DNA of 64,000 nt, taken from positions 84,485-148,484 of the forward strand of contig LFCK01000001.1 of NCBI GenBank assembly GCA_001189095.1. Direction: 5' to 3'. The notes below the pieces were generated by a model. It was not told where the DNA came from and did not search any database. It saw only the letters and a program-made list of their open reading frames with translations. Position numbers and translations under genes: made by a program. Source of the stretch: Parcubacteria bacterium C7867-001 (GTDB taxonomy: Bacteria; Patescibacteriota; Minisyncoccia; Phycocordibacterales; Phycocordibacteraceae). Below, in pieces: positions 1 to 8,119 of the stretch (positions are counted from its first letter, which is position 1; every line of letters starts with the position of its first letter).

Positions 1-1187
1 AAGCGGAGCGTCACGGCACCCGTATCGAAGACGCTCGTGCCGCCGCCGGTGCGGTCGGTCACTGAGACGTTATCGAGCGTGAGCGTGCCATTTCGATTAA
101 TGAGATGAAAGACGCGCACGCTCTGCGTGCCTGCGGGCACGGAGAAATTAGCGCTGGTGGTGGCCCAGGATGCCGTTGCCGGTGCGACGAGCAGATCCTG
201 ATATGCAAAGGTGCCGTCGGCGCGTTTCAGCTCAAGCGTGAGATACGTTGGGATAGTCGCTGTGTATTCGTCTGTATAGGTGTAATTGCCAGAAGGTAAG
301 GAGAGCGGAGTGAAGGCCCATTTCGCATCACCCGAGGTCCAGCCGTTTATCGTAATTTGTGCAGCGCGGTCTCCATTTGAGCCTGTCACTGGATAAGAAA
401 AGGTAGTGGTACTGGTTCCCCATCTGCCCTTCGTCCATGAGTCGGGTACTGCGCTGCCCGTTTCAAATCCTGAGTTTGCGACGTAGTTATCTCCGCCGCT
501 TGAATTCACCTCAGTAAGAGAATAGGTGTCAGTCGTAAGGGTGCCGTTGCTTTTAATGAGGTGGAAAATGGTGGCGGAGACCGCGCCGGTAGGCGCGGTG
601 AACTGGCCGGACGCAGTAGAGAAGCTGGAGTTTGCCGGAAGCGTCAGAAAATCTTTATACGCATACGTCCCATCCTGCATTTTAAATTCTGCGGTCACGA
701 TGCTCTGCGTACTTGCCTGATACTGGTCGGAAAACTGATAGGTCGTACCGCCTGAGACGGGCACATGCTCAAAGAACCATTTCGCATCCCCGTTCGTGTA
801 GTTTGATAGCTGTACGCGAATGCCATTTCCCGAGGAGCCCGGAGCTGGGTAGGTGAGTGTGCGTGTATTCGTGCCATATCCGCCTTTTCGCCAAGACGCT
901 GGAGCGTCCCCGCTCCCTGCGGTTTCAAGATCCGGATTCGGAATAAGGTTCGGGGGCGTGACCGCCGCGCTTGGCGCGGCGGTACGCGCCGCAGGCTGCG
1001 CCTGCGGCGCCATGAGGTCCTGCAAGAGCTCACTATTTGGTACGCGCAGACGTCCCGGTCCATGCTCGGGCGTCGACGAAGATTCGCTTTTCCCAAGAAG
1101 TTTGGTTAGTACCGGCGCCGCGAACGCCTGCGGACTCCCCGCGAAGAGCAGGCTCGCGGCCACTGTGAGTGCTATGAAAAGTCGCAT
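1..1187 (-). CDS. Secreted protein with tandem CBM4/9-like beta-sandwich repeats; partial, C-terminus runs off the left window edge. Start could be ATG at 1205 or 1187.
   Basis: Manual reverse-complement translation from 1187/1205 down to position 1 gives ~395 aa with no stop. N-terminus MRLFIALTVAASLLFAGSPQAFA is signal-peptide-like. Three ~120-aa repeats share GFE(T)G...W..G...GDAKW...F..P....Q..VF/IFHLI..NGTLT..D..S.TE/D. The ORF track shows only spurious antisense ORFs here. Confidence 0.55.
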   Translation of the reverse strand, partial: MRLFIALTVAASLLFAGSPQAFAAPVLTKLLGKSESSSTPEHGPGRLRVPNSELLQDLMAPQAQPAARTAAPSAAVTPPNLIPNPDLETAGSGDAPASWRKGGYGTNTRTLTYPAPGSSGNGIRVQLSNYTNGDAKWFFEHVPVSGGTTYQFSDQYQASTQSIVTAEFKMQDGTYAYKDFLTLPANSSFSTASGQFTAPTGAVSATIFHLIKSNGTLTTDTYSLTEVNSSGGDNYVANSGFETGSAVPDSWTKGRWGTSTTTFSYPVTGSNGDRAAQITINGWTSGDAKWAFTPLSLPSGNYTYTDEYTATIPTYLTLELKRADGTFAYQDLLVAPATASWATTSANFSVPAGTQSVRVFHLINRNGTLTLDNVSVTDRTGGGTSVFDTGAVTLR

Positions 1188-1288
1188 TAGTCCAGTGTCC
1201 CTCATGAACGCTTAACTAAGCATGAAGAAACGCTGTCACTAGCCAAACCGCTTGTCAACTTCCGCAAGCAGCTCGGAACGTACCGGTT

Positions 1289-1822
1289 TTGACGGGCTAT
1301 ACTTTTAATATGAATAACTCGCAAAAGACGGTCGCGATCGGTGCCGCAAGCGGAGTCGTACTGATGGCACTTTCAGTGTGGGGCCTCTCATCCCTCATTC
1401 AGCCGATAGCGGGAATGGAGGAACCGCTTGCGCGGATTATGTTCGCTCTCGGTCTCAATGTTGTCGCAGCGCTCCCGCTTTTTGTCATGATCGCGACCGT
1501 CGGTAATAGTCGCTTCCTGAGCGATGCCATCGATCCCTTGAAGCACAAAGAAAGTAAGGAAATGGAAGTTGATGGGCATGTCGTCGACAACACGCTCCAG
1601 CAAAATTTTGTCTTTTTCGTCGGCACGCTCGCGCTCGCCTCAGTTATTCCGCCTGCGTGCACAAAGGTGCTTATAGCCGTCACCATCGTCTTCGTGGTCG
1701 CTCGGCTCGCGTTCTGGCTCGGCTATCGCATAAACCCGCTCTACCGCGCGCCCGGTATGTCTGCGACCGCCTACATGAACCTTGGCATCCTCCTCACGAC
1801 GCTCTACCTTTTCCTTTTCTAA
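1289..1822 (+). CDS. MAPEG-family membrane protein
   Basis: Four hydrophobic segments; C-terminal motif APGMSATAYMNLGILL resembles the MAPEG (YecN-like) RSGMSATW region. Confidence 0.55.
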   Translation: MTGYTFNMNNSQKTVAIGAASGVVLMALSVWGLSSLIQPIAGMEEPLARIMFALGLNVVAALPLFVMIATVGNSRFLSDAIDPLKHKESKEMEVDGHVVDNTLQQNFVFFVGTLALASVIPPACTKVLIAVTIVFVVARLAFWLGYRINPLYRAPGMSATAYMNLGILLTTLYLFLF

Positions 1823-1824
1823 TC

Positions 1825-2118
1825 ATGGCTGAATACCGTGTTACGTCGAAGGTCGTGCAGTATCCCGGAATGGGCGGCTGGTATTTCGTAGGAGTCGACA
1901 AGAAAACGTCTGCGAAGATAAAGGCGAGCCAGAAAGGGAAGCCAAGGGTCGGCTGGGGTTCGATACGCGTGACCGCGACCATTGGAAAGACGAGCTGGAA
2001 GTCCTCGATTTTCCCCGATGCGAAGTCCGGCACCTACCTCCTTCCGCTTAAGGCAGAAATCCGAAAGAAGGAATCTATCGGCGTTCGGGATACCGTTCGC
2101 CTCGCCCTCGTCTTCTAG
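1825..2118 (+). CDS. DUF1905 domain protein
   Basis: MAEYRVTSKVVQYPGMGGWYFVGVD...LLPLKAEIRKKESIGVRDTVRLAL matches the DUF1905 pattern. ATG lies 2 nt after the upstream stop. The ORF track's longer start at 1657 is in a junk-like leader. Confidence 0.6.
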   Translation: MAEYRVTSKVVQYPGMGGWYFVGVDKKTSAKIKASQKGKPRVGWGSIRVTATIGKTSWKSSIFPDAKSGTYLLPLKAEIRKKESIGVRDTVRLALVF

Positions 2119-2137
2119 CCTGTTCTATACTGTAGGT

Positions 2138-2914
2138 ATGAGTATATTCGAGCGATTCAGTGGCAAGAAATCCAATACGTCAGAGCTCAGTGGCGGCAAA
2201 AAGAAAATGCTTAAGGAGGCTGAAAAAAGCCGCCGCAGCTTCGAACCATTTTTTATCTCTCCTAGCTCAGAGAAAGGGAAGGAAAACGCACTGTGGCGCG
2301 AGTTTGCGCGGGAAGTCGCAGCGCCTACCTCAAAATCGCTCGAGGAGTATGCGCAGAATCCCGCAACTTTTCCGAAGGAGCGGTATGCCCTGCGCGGATT
2401 AATTTCTGCAGACAAGCAGTCACACGATCCAAACGGTACCTACTCTTCACGTGGCTCCTACTCGCTTGAACCTGACTCCGATAATCGTCTCTTTATCGAT
2501 GCGCCGTTTGCGTACTCTCTTCAGTACCTGAGAGATGATGGCGCATGGGAAACGATCACGGTTGCATCTTTTGTACCGGATCTTGAAAAGAAAGTAATTC
2601 TCATCGACCAACTTCAAGGAGGGGACACTCAGCGTGGGCGCGTAACAAATGAGGCGCGCCGAGCACGCATGAAATTCAAGGAACAGCCTGAGCAGATATT
2701 GTTCGATGCTGTTGAAGATCTCGGTCAACGTACTAGCATGCGCGGCATCGGTTTACGCAAAAGCGAAACGATAAAATGGATGACTGTGCAGAACGCGCGC
2801 AAGGAGGGAAAAGTGACTGTCTACGATAAAGTCAGCGACGCGAACGACATGCGCGGGTTTGCTTCGAAAGAATACGACCTCATACCGATATCTCCCAAGC
2901 AGGAAGCAAAGTAA
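2138..2914 (+). CDS. Hypothetical protein
   Basis: ORF with internal start MSIFERFSGKK at 2138; the track's ORF from 1982 has a low-complexity N-terminus. No recognisable motif. Confidence 0.4.
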   Translation: MSIFERFSGKKSNTSELSGGKKKMLKEAEKSRRSFEPFFISPSSEKGKENALWREFAREVAAPTSKSLEEYAQNPATFPKERYALRGLISADKQSHDPNGTYSSRGSYSLEPDSDNRLFIDAPFAYSLQYLRDDGAWETITVASFVPDLEKKVILIDQLQGGDTQRGRVTNEARRARMKFKEQPEQILFDAVEDLGQRTSMRGIGLRKSETIKWMTVQNARKEGKVTVYDKVSDANDMRGFASKEYDLIPISPKQEAK

Positions 2915-2991
2915 TTTCAAAGCCAGTATTTGACAAATTTATACAGATAATTTATAATTAAAGCGTCCACTCAACAAAAGGGAGAACGGAC

Positions 2992-3369
2992 ATGTTCAAT
3001 ACGAAAGTTGCGCTGGCCGCTGCTGCGGCATTTGCTTTGTGCTTCGGTGTCGCCTCGCTTGCGCCGGCCCATGCGGCGTCCCCCGCGGACGTCCGCAAGG
3101 TCGCGCACATGGTCGAGAACCACGGGTCGTGCGTGAAGCCCGGCTCGACGAGCGACAGCGTGCTGGTCACGATTGACCAGCGCACGTATGCGATCACGTA
3201 CGTGAAGAAGTTCAACGTGATTTCGATATACAGCGCCGGCCTCACTTCGGTGAACGCGCCGATGGACAAAGGTCTGACCGGCATCGCCGACACGGACCAA
3301 GCTGCGTACGACGCGATGATCAAGACGCTCGTGACGAAGCAGCCCGCCTGCGCGGCGCCGAGCGCCTAA
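2992..3369 (+). CDS. Small secreted protein, hypothetical
   Basis: Signal peptide MFNTKVALAAAAAFALCFGVASLAPAHAAS; AGGAG-like GGGAGAA RBS upstream; terminator follows. Confidence 0.55.
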   Translation: MFNTKVALAAAAAFALCFGVASLAPAHAASPADVRKVAHMVENHGSCVKPGSTSDSVLVTIDQRTYAITYVKKFNVISIYSAGLTSVNAPMDKGLTGIADTDQAAYDAMIKTLVTKQPACAAPSA

Positions 3370-3390
3370 CACGCGACAGCTCGAAAGAGC

Positions 3391-3430
3391 AAAAAAGCGG
3401 GCCGACCCAGAGGGTCGGCCCGTATTTTTA
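3391..3430. terminator. Bidirectional intrinsic terminator
   Basis: A-run, then CGGGCCGACCC-AGAG-GGTCGGCCCG hairpin, then TATTTTTA; lies between convergent genes. Confidence 0.6.
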
Positions 3431-3440
3431 TACATAGAAT

Positions 3441-4079
3441 TTACACCTTCGCCCTCGTTTGCATGAGAGTCGCGGCGAACTTTCGTTCGGCGATCGTGAG
3501 ATAACCGAATTGCGAATGAAACGAGTCGCCAAACGCTTCTGCTAAGCGATTGTGAAGGCGGCCCGAAAGCAGGTGCTGAAGGTTCGGTGGGAGGCCGAGC
3601 GTTTTTTCGTACTCGTACTCCGTCGCGAAGAGGTTGCGGTAGCCGTTGTACATCGCCGTGAGATCCACGCACTCTTCAGTGGTCTTCAGAGGGTGGTGCA
3701 GCGAATTCAAGACAACATGCGAGCACTCGTGCGAAATCGCCATAGCGACCAAGCCGAAGGGCGCAGTCTCGAGGAAGTTCTTTCTGATAAACATAGAGAG
3801 TTCCATCGAGTTGAATCCAGCGGTGCCGTACATCGGCATCGGATTCGGCATGTTGATCCACGCGAGGCCGGTCGGCTTTCCGCCGGAATTCACGTAGCCA
3901 ATGCGCAGTCTCGGTCCTTGCAGCTTCATGCTGTCGCGGATGAGACCGATCATTTCGGTGTACCGCTTTTTCTTGAAGAGTTCTTCCATCTCGCGGGTGT
4001 CGACCGGTGGTTTCGGTTCCTTGAAGGTACCGCCCAACTGCTTCACCCACATCCGGATTTCATGCTGACGCATGTCCAC
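3441..4079 (-). CDS. Putative HExxH zinc metallopeptidase, hypothetical
   Basis: 212 aa with an HECSH (HExxH) motif in AISHECSHVVLNSLHH; no signal peptide seen. Confidence 0.4.
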   Translation of the reverse strand: MDMRQHEIRMWVKQLGGTFKEPKPPVDTREMEELFKKKRYTEMIGLIRDSMKLQGPRLRIGYVNSGGKPTGLAWINMPNPMPMYGTAGFNSMELSMFIRKNFLETAPFGLVAMAISHECSHVVLNSLHHPLKTTEECVDLTAMYNGYRNLFATEYEYEKTLGLPPNLQHLLSGRLHNRLAEAFGDSFHSQFGYLTIAERKFAATLMQTRAKV

Positions 4080-4130
4080 CTCCTTGTTTACTCTGGTATG
4101 AAAATAGCACTCGTAGGCGGATAGTCAAGA

Positions 4131-4158
4131 AAATGGCCGGCGCGAAGCGCCGGCCAAA
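4131..4158. terminator. Intrinsic terminator (GGCCGGCGC-GAAG-GCGCCGGCC)
   Basis: Perfect 9-bp GC stem with tetraloop, preceded by AAAA on the + strand (U-run for the minus-strand gene 4161..4598). Confidence 0.55.
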
Positions 4159-4160
4159 TA

Positions 4161-4598
4161 TCACGAGACCCAGAAGAACTGGAAGAGATTCTCAGGCTCT
4201 TCTTTGCCAATCGGCAGTCTCCGTTCCTCGTCTGTCATGTCGGTGGGAAGGTCTTTGGCTTGCGCCAAGAGAATCCGCTTCATGAGCAGAATTTCGTTTC
4301 GAGAAAAGGACTCCTCGTAAAAGTTGTCCAAATACTCGCTGATGAATTCCTGCGACTGGATGGCTGCAGGCAGGACTCCGCGGCCGTCTTCGGACAGACC
4401 GATGATGTGCACGTGCGGGCCGAAAGTGCTGCAGGGTAGCAGTTCTTTCCGGTGTCCCGGTAGGTGCTTGTAGGGGCAGTCTTTCGAAAGTCCGATCATC
4501 AGCGAATCATCGACGTTCTCCTGTTCGGCAGCGGTTTCCGCCGCGGAGGAGATGTAGAGGAGCAACGGAAGCCCCTCGAGTTCTGGTATTCCGGCCAT
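4161..4598 (-). CDS. Hypothetical protein
   Basis: 145-aa ORF with its own terminator; no recognisable domain. Confidence 0.4.
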   Translation of the reverse strand: MAGIPELEGLPLLLYISSAAETAAEQENVDDSLMIGLSKDCPYKHLPGHRKELLPCSTFGPHVHIIGLSEDGRGVLPAAIQSQEFISEYLDNFYEESFSRNEILLMKRILLAQAKDLPTDMTDEERRLPIGKEEPENLFQFFWVS

Positions 4599-4658
4599 AG
4601 GATTCCTTTCCTTGCTAAGCCGTTTCTAGGGGGACACTACCATGTGGGGTGAGAAAGG

Positions 4659-4700
4659 GAAACGGCCGGCGCAAAGCGCCGGCCGTTGGTTGTATTTAGA
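4659..4700. terminator. Intrinsic terminator (ACGGCCGGCGC-AAAG-GCGCCGGCCGT)
   Basis: Same stem as the 4135 hairpin, followed by TTGGTTGTATTT. Confidence 0.5.
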
Positions 4701-5157
4701 ACGCGTACTGCTCTTTCACGATCTTGCGCGCGTTGCGCTGCGCAAGACAGGAAAGCATCAGATTGCATCCTTTCACTGCGGGGTAAACCGTAAATTCCGA
4801 TTTGAACACCCCCTCGTTCCTGTAGCCGGTAACCAAGCATTCCAAGGTGAACGAGTCGAGCCGAAAGTCTCGAAACTGCTCCTCGAGGCTCGTGAGGATG
4901 CCGTTTGCCACATTCGAGCTGTTCAGGCCATCAGGCAGCTTTGCTCTGACCACTGCGCCCCAGCCGTCGCCCCAGCTGACTTTAGCCCACCATACAGTGA
5001 TGGCAGGAAAGAAATCGTCCACGAGTACCTCAACGAGTTCTTCGTGTGAGGCACGACAGACATGAATAGGACTTATCGGAGTCCAGATGTTGGAGACCTG
5101 CCAGAGCCACGGATACTCCCTGAGGAGCTTCGTTGTGTTGCTTTGTTTCTTGAACAT
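4696..5157 (-). CDS. Hypothetical protein
   Basis: 153-aa ORF; no motif recognised. Confidence 0.4.
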   Translation of the reverse strand: MFKKQSNTTKLLREYPWLWQVSNIWTPISPIHVCRASHEELVEVLVDDFFPAITVWWAKVSWGDGWGAVVRAKLPDGLNSSNVANGILTSLEEQFRDFRLDSFTLECLVTGYRNEGVFKSEFTVYPAVKGCNLMLSCLAQRNARKIVKEQYAF

Positions 5158-5285
5158 TTCTTACCTTCCTAGGACATCCGTCCTTTTCAGCCCTCCGGGC
5201 TTCGTAAGGCAGGCCGAGATTGGCCCGTCTAAGGCTCATATAATCCCCACCAGAGGTTCATGTCAACGCAGGTATACTTTCCCTT

Positions 5286-5774
5286 ATGTCTATTCCAAAA
5301 GTAGGGCGCGTAGCGCCCGCATTCAAACTCCTCGATCAGGATGGTCGTCCGCAAGAGCTGAAGAAATTCCTCGGCTCGTGGGTTCTCCTTTATTTCTATC
5401 CAAAAGACGATACGCCAGGATGCACCATCGAGGCGTGCACCATCCGTGATCAGTTCAAAGATTTTAAAAAGATAAAAGCGAGCGTGATCGGCGTTTCGAC
5501 CGACAGCGTTGAGAGTCACCGCAAATTTGCGGACGCGTACGAGCTCCCGTTCACCCTCATTGCAGATACGGAAAAGAAACTCGTGAATAAATACGGCGTT
5601 TGGGGCGAGAAGAATATGATGGGTCGGAAATATATGGGCACGAAGCGCACCTCCTTCCTCATCGACCCGAAAGGGAAGATTGCAAAGGTGTACGAAAGCG
5701 TGAAGCCTCCTGTGCACGCAGCGCAGGTACTTGCTGACCTTAAAGAACTCACCAGTAAGTCAAAAAAGAAATAA
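5286..5774 (+). CDS. bcp: Thiol peroxidase Bcp (peroxiredoxin, thioredoxin-dependent)
   Basis: FYPKDDTPGCTIEAC is the peroxiredoxin active-site motif; length and overall pattern fit Bcp/PrxQ. Confidence 0.85.
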   Translation: MSIPKVGRVAPAFKLLDQDGRPQELKKFLGSWVLLYFYPKDDTPGCTIEACTIRDQFKDFKKIKASVIGVSTDSVESHRKFADAYELPFTLIADTEKKLVNKYGVWGEKNMMGRKYMGTKRTSFLIDPKGKIAKVYESVKPPVHAAQVLADLKELTSKSKKK

Positions 5775-5823
5775 AAAAAGCGCCGCCCCGACAGGGACGG
5801 CGCTCTGAATTTCGGCCGAAGGC

Positions 5824-6384
5824 CTACTCGTTGTTTTTGTTCTTGTTCACGAGCATCATCTCCGGGAGGAGACGCTGGATCGTGTTCGTGTTCTTGCCGT
5901 TGATGTAGATATCGCGCCAGGCGATCCCGATCAGCATCGCGCCGAGCAGCATGAGCCAGATATCGATCGGCTGCTGCTTGGCGATCAGCCAAAGGACCGT
6001 TCCGCCCACCGCGGCGATCGGTGCCCAAGAAATGGTCGAGTCGACGATCGGATTTTCATCCATGCCGACGCGCAGTTTCTCGAACAGTTCAGCGACCACA
6101 AGCGACTGCGCCCACTCGAAGCCTTCCCGAATGATCAGGACGACCGTCATGAACGTAATCGCTTCAGGCACCGTTTGCGGGCGCCAGTCGATGACCAGAG
6201 CGAAGAACACGTACAGCGCCGCAAGCACGAGCGCGGAGCCGCTCCGGCAGAGGAAAGGAAGGACCTTTTTAAGCGAGAAATCGCTCAGGGCCTTCCGGAC
6301 TCCGTGCCAGAACTTCCCGCGCGGCTTAGCCGGCGGAGCTGCAGTTTGAGAAGCGGCCACAGCCGCACCCGGATCGTCAGCCAT
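5824..6384 (-). CDS. Membrane protein, hypothetical
   Basis: Start MADDPG at 6384 preceded by AAAAGGAGGT SD; 3-4 TM helices; Lys/Asn-rich C-terminal tail. Confidence 0.5.
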   Translation of the reverse strand: MADDPGAAVAASQTAAPPAKPRGKFWHGVRKALSDFSLKKVLPFLCRSGSALVLAALYVFFALVIDWRPQTVPEAITFMTVVLIIREGFEWAQSLVVAELFEKLRVGMDENPIVDSTISWAPIAAVGGTVLWLIAKQQPIDIWLMLLGAMLIGIAWRDIYINGKNTNTIQRLLPEMMLVNKNKNNE

Positions 6385-6454
6385 TGCTGACCTCCTTTTC
6401 AACCCTCCCACCAAAGCGGGGAGTTCTACCATTATACTATAAGTGGCCTATAAA

Positions 6455-6492
6455 GTCAAACGGGCTGGCGCAAGGCGCCAGCCCGTTATTTC
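6455..6492. terminator. Bidirectional intrinsic terminator
   Basis: AACGGGCTGGCGC-AAGG-GCGCCAGCCCGTT followed by ATTTC. Confidence 0.55.
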
Positions 6493-7006
6493 AGGCTCCC
6501 TCAGGGACCGTCTGCTCGACGACCTTTGGCCGAGGAGGTTTGGGTGTGCAGGAGATGAAATAGGCGAAGAAGATCATGCCGATACTTCCGATCAGGTCGA
6601 AATATCCGCTAAGCGTCCCGCGCCCAATCTCATGTGGAATAAAAAAGGACGAAAGGACGAGAACGAGGTAGCGAATCACTCGCGTAAGCACCAGCTCGCG
6701 GAGCGGGTTCGCCGAGACAGCTGACGCCGATTGAAGATTTTGATCGGCCTTCTCGAGCTTGTTGATGTTGTCTAAAAAGATCCAACCAATGAGCAGGAGG
6801 AAGGCGACTTCCGAGAGCAAAACGAGCATTGTCTTGTGCAGAGAGTACTGAAGGATAGCCCCAGCCGTGTGGCTGAGAATGACCATCCAGCACCCAATTT
6901 TTGCGAGCCAGAAACAGGACTTGTTTGTCCACGTCCAGAACCAGTCGGCGAATCGTTGGAATATCGAGTCGATAATCCAGTTGTCGATGAGAACGAAAAT
7001 GTTCAT
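6491..7006 (-). CDS. Membrane protein, hypothetical
   Basis: Multiple TM segments; GGAGA RBS 9 nt upstream of the ATG. Confidence 0.5.
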   Translation of the reverse strand: MNIFVLIDNWIIDSIFQRFADWFWTWTNKSCFWLAKIGCWMVILSHTAGAILQYSLHKTMLVLLSEVAFLLLIGWIFLDNINKLEKADQNLQSASAVSANPLRELVLTRVIRYLVLVLSSFFIPHEIGRGTLSGYFDLIGSIGMIFFAYFISCTPKPPRPKVVEQTVPEGA

Positions 7007-7103
7007 CTGCTGTCTCCAAAGAGTTCTGCCGAAACACTACACTTTTTGCACCTATTGTCAAAAAAACGGGACCGGACGAAAGTCCGGCCCCGTGGGCGGC
7101 GCG

Positions 7104-7391
7104 CTAGCGCCGACGTCTCTTCTTCCTGTCCTTGAACGACTGCCCGCTCTGAGTGCTTTTAGGCGCTTCAGGAGCCAGCTGCACGGCGGCAGGAATCTTC
7201 GGAATCTCCGGCGCCTTTGGCGCCGGTTTCGCCTCCGAAACCTTCACCGCGGGCATCGCATCGATCGGAAGACCGAGGCGCGCAAGGCGTGCCACAGCCC
7301 CAATGACCGAACCGTCGTCGACCATCAGCACTGCAGAGCTGTCCGGATCCAGAAAGGATTTGGTGGATCTAAGCATTCGCTTTTCTCCCAA
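7104..7391 (-). CDS. Hypothetical protein; start may be at 7376
   Basis: 95 aa with a Pro/Ala/Lys-rich linker and basic tail; terminator-like hairpin at 7066-7096. Confidence 0.35.
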   Translation of the reverse strand: MGEKRMLRSTKSFLDPDSSAVLMVDDGSVIGAVARLARLGLPIDAMPAVKVSEAKPAPKAPEIPKIPAAVQLAPEAPKSTQSGQSFKDRKKRRRR

Positions 7392-7475
7392 AAAGAAACA
7401 AGGATGGCGGCTAAGCCATCACCGCAACAATATAAAATAAAGTAAATAGGGAGTCAAGCGTGTTACCCTTAGGAT

Positions 7476-7715
7476 ATGACCTATTTCGTCTACATCCTCG
7501 AATGCGCGGACGGCACGCTCTACACGGGCTCAACCACGGACCTTGAGCGCCGTCTCGAAGAGCACAACTCATCCGACAAAGGCGCCCGCTACACCCGTAC
7601 TCGCCGCCCTGTGAAGTTTAAATATTCCGAATCCTTCGGCTCTCAGAGCGACGCGCAGCGTCGCGAGTATCAGATAAAACAGCTCACCCGTCCCCAAAAA
7701 CTCGCCCTATTTTGA
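7476..7715 (+). CDS. GIY-YIG nuclease domain protein
   Basis: YFVYILECADGTLYTGSTTDLERRLEEH is the GIY-YIG motif with R and E. Confidence 0.8.
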   Translation: MTYFVYILECADGTLYTGSTTDLERRLEEHNSSDKGARYTRTRRPVKFKYSESFGSQSDAQRREYQIKQLTRPQKLALF

Positions 7716-8111
7716 AGCGCGAATAATTATTACAAGGCTGATAGCAAGATAAACGCCAGCAATCCATTGAGCCGCTATTCCCAGTGAAGGGGTCAAAAAG
7801 TCCATTGATTGATTGGTTGGATAGAAGATGAATATAAGTGCGGCAATCGGGACATACCACTTTGCAAACTTTTTCCACGCCGGTATCGCCTTAGGTACTG
7901 CAAGGAGAAGGGCAAATACAATAGCGAGTGCCCCAAATCCGTAGAATGCCGGAACCCCAATTCGGTCATAAAAATTCAAACAAGCAGGATCTCTTTTCAG
8001 CCCTTCATATATACAAATTCCATACTGGATAGTATGAGTAAAAAGATACCCAATCCCTGCACCGATGAGGGAACCTGTAAGGGCAAACGGAAGATACTTC
8101 TTTAGATTCAT
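7707..8111 (-). CDS. Membrane protein, hypothetical
   Basis: 134 aa with four hydrophobic helices. Confidence 0.45.
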   Translation of the reverse strand: MNLKKYLPFALTGSLIGAGIGYLFTHTIQYGICIYEGLKRDPACLNFYDRIGVPAFYGFGALAIVFALLLAVPKAIPAWKKFAKWYVPIAALIFIFYPTNQSMDFLTPSLGIAAQWIAGVYLAISLVIIIRASK

Positions 8112-8119
8112 CTGTTTTA

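Noticed and set aside
105-1215. Track ORFs 105..299, 526..720, 561..755, 695..1096 and 853..1215
   Set aside because: Arg/Ala/Gly-rich, low-complexity translations typical of wrong frames in GC-rich coding DNA. They overlap a long open frame on the minus strand (the partial CBM-repeat gene).
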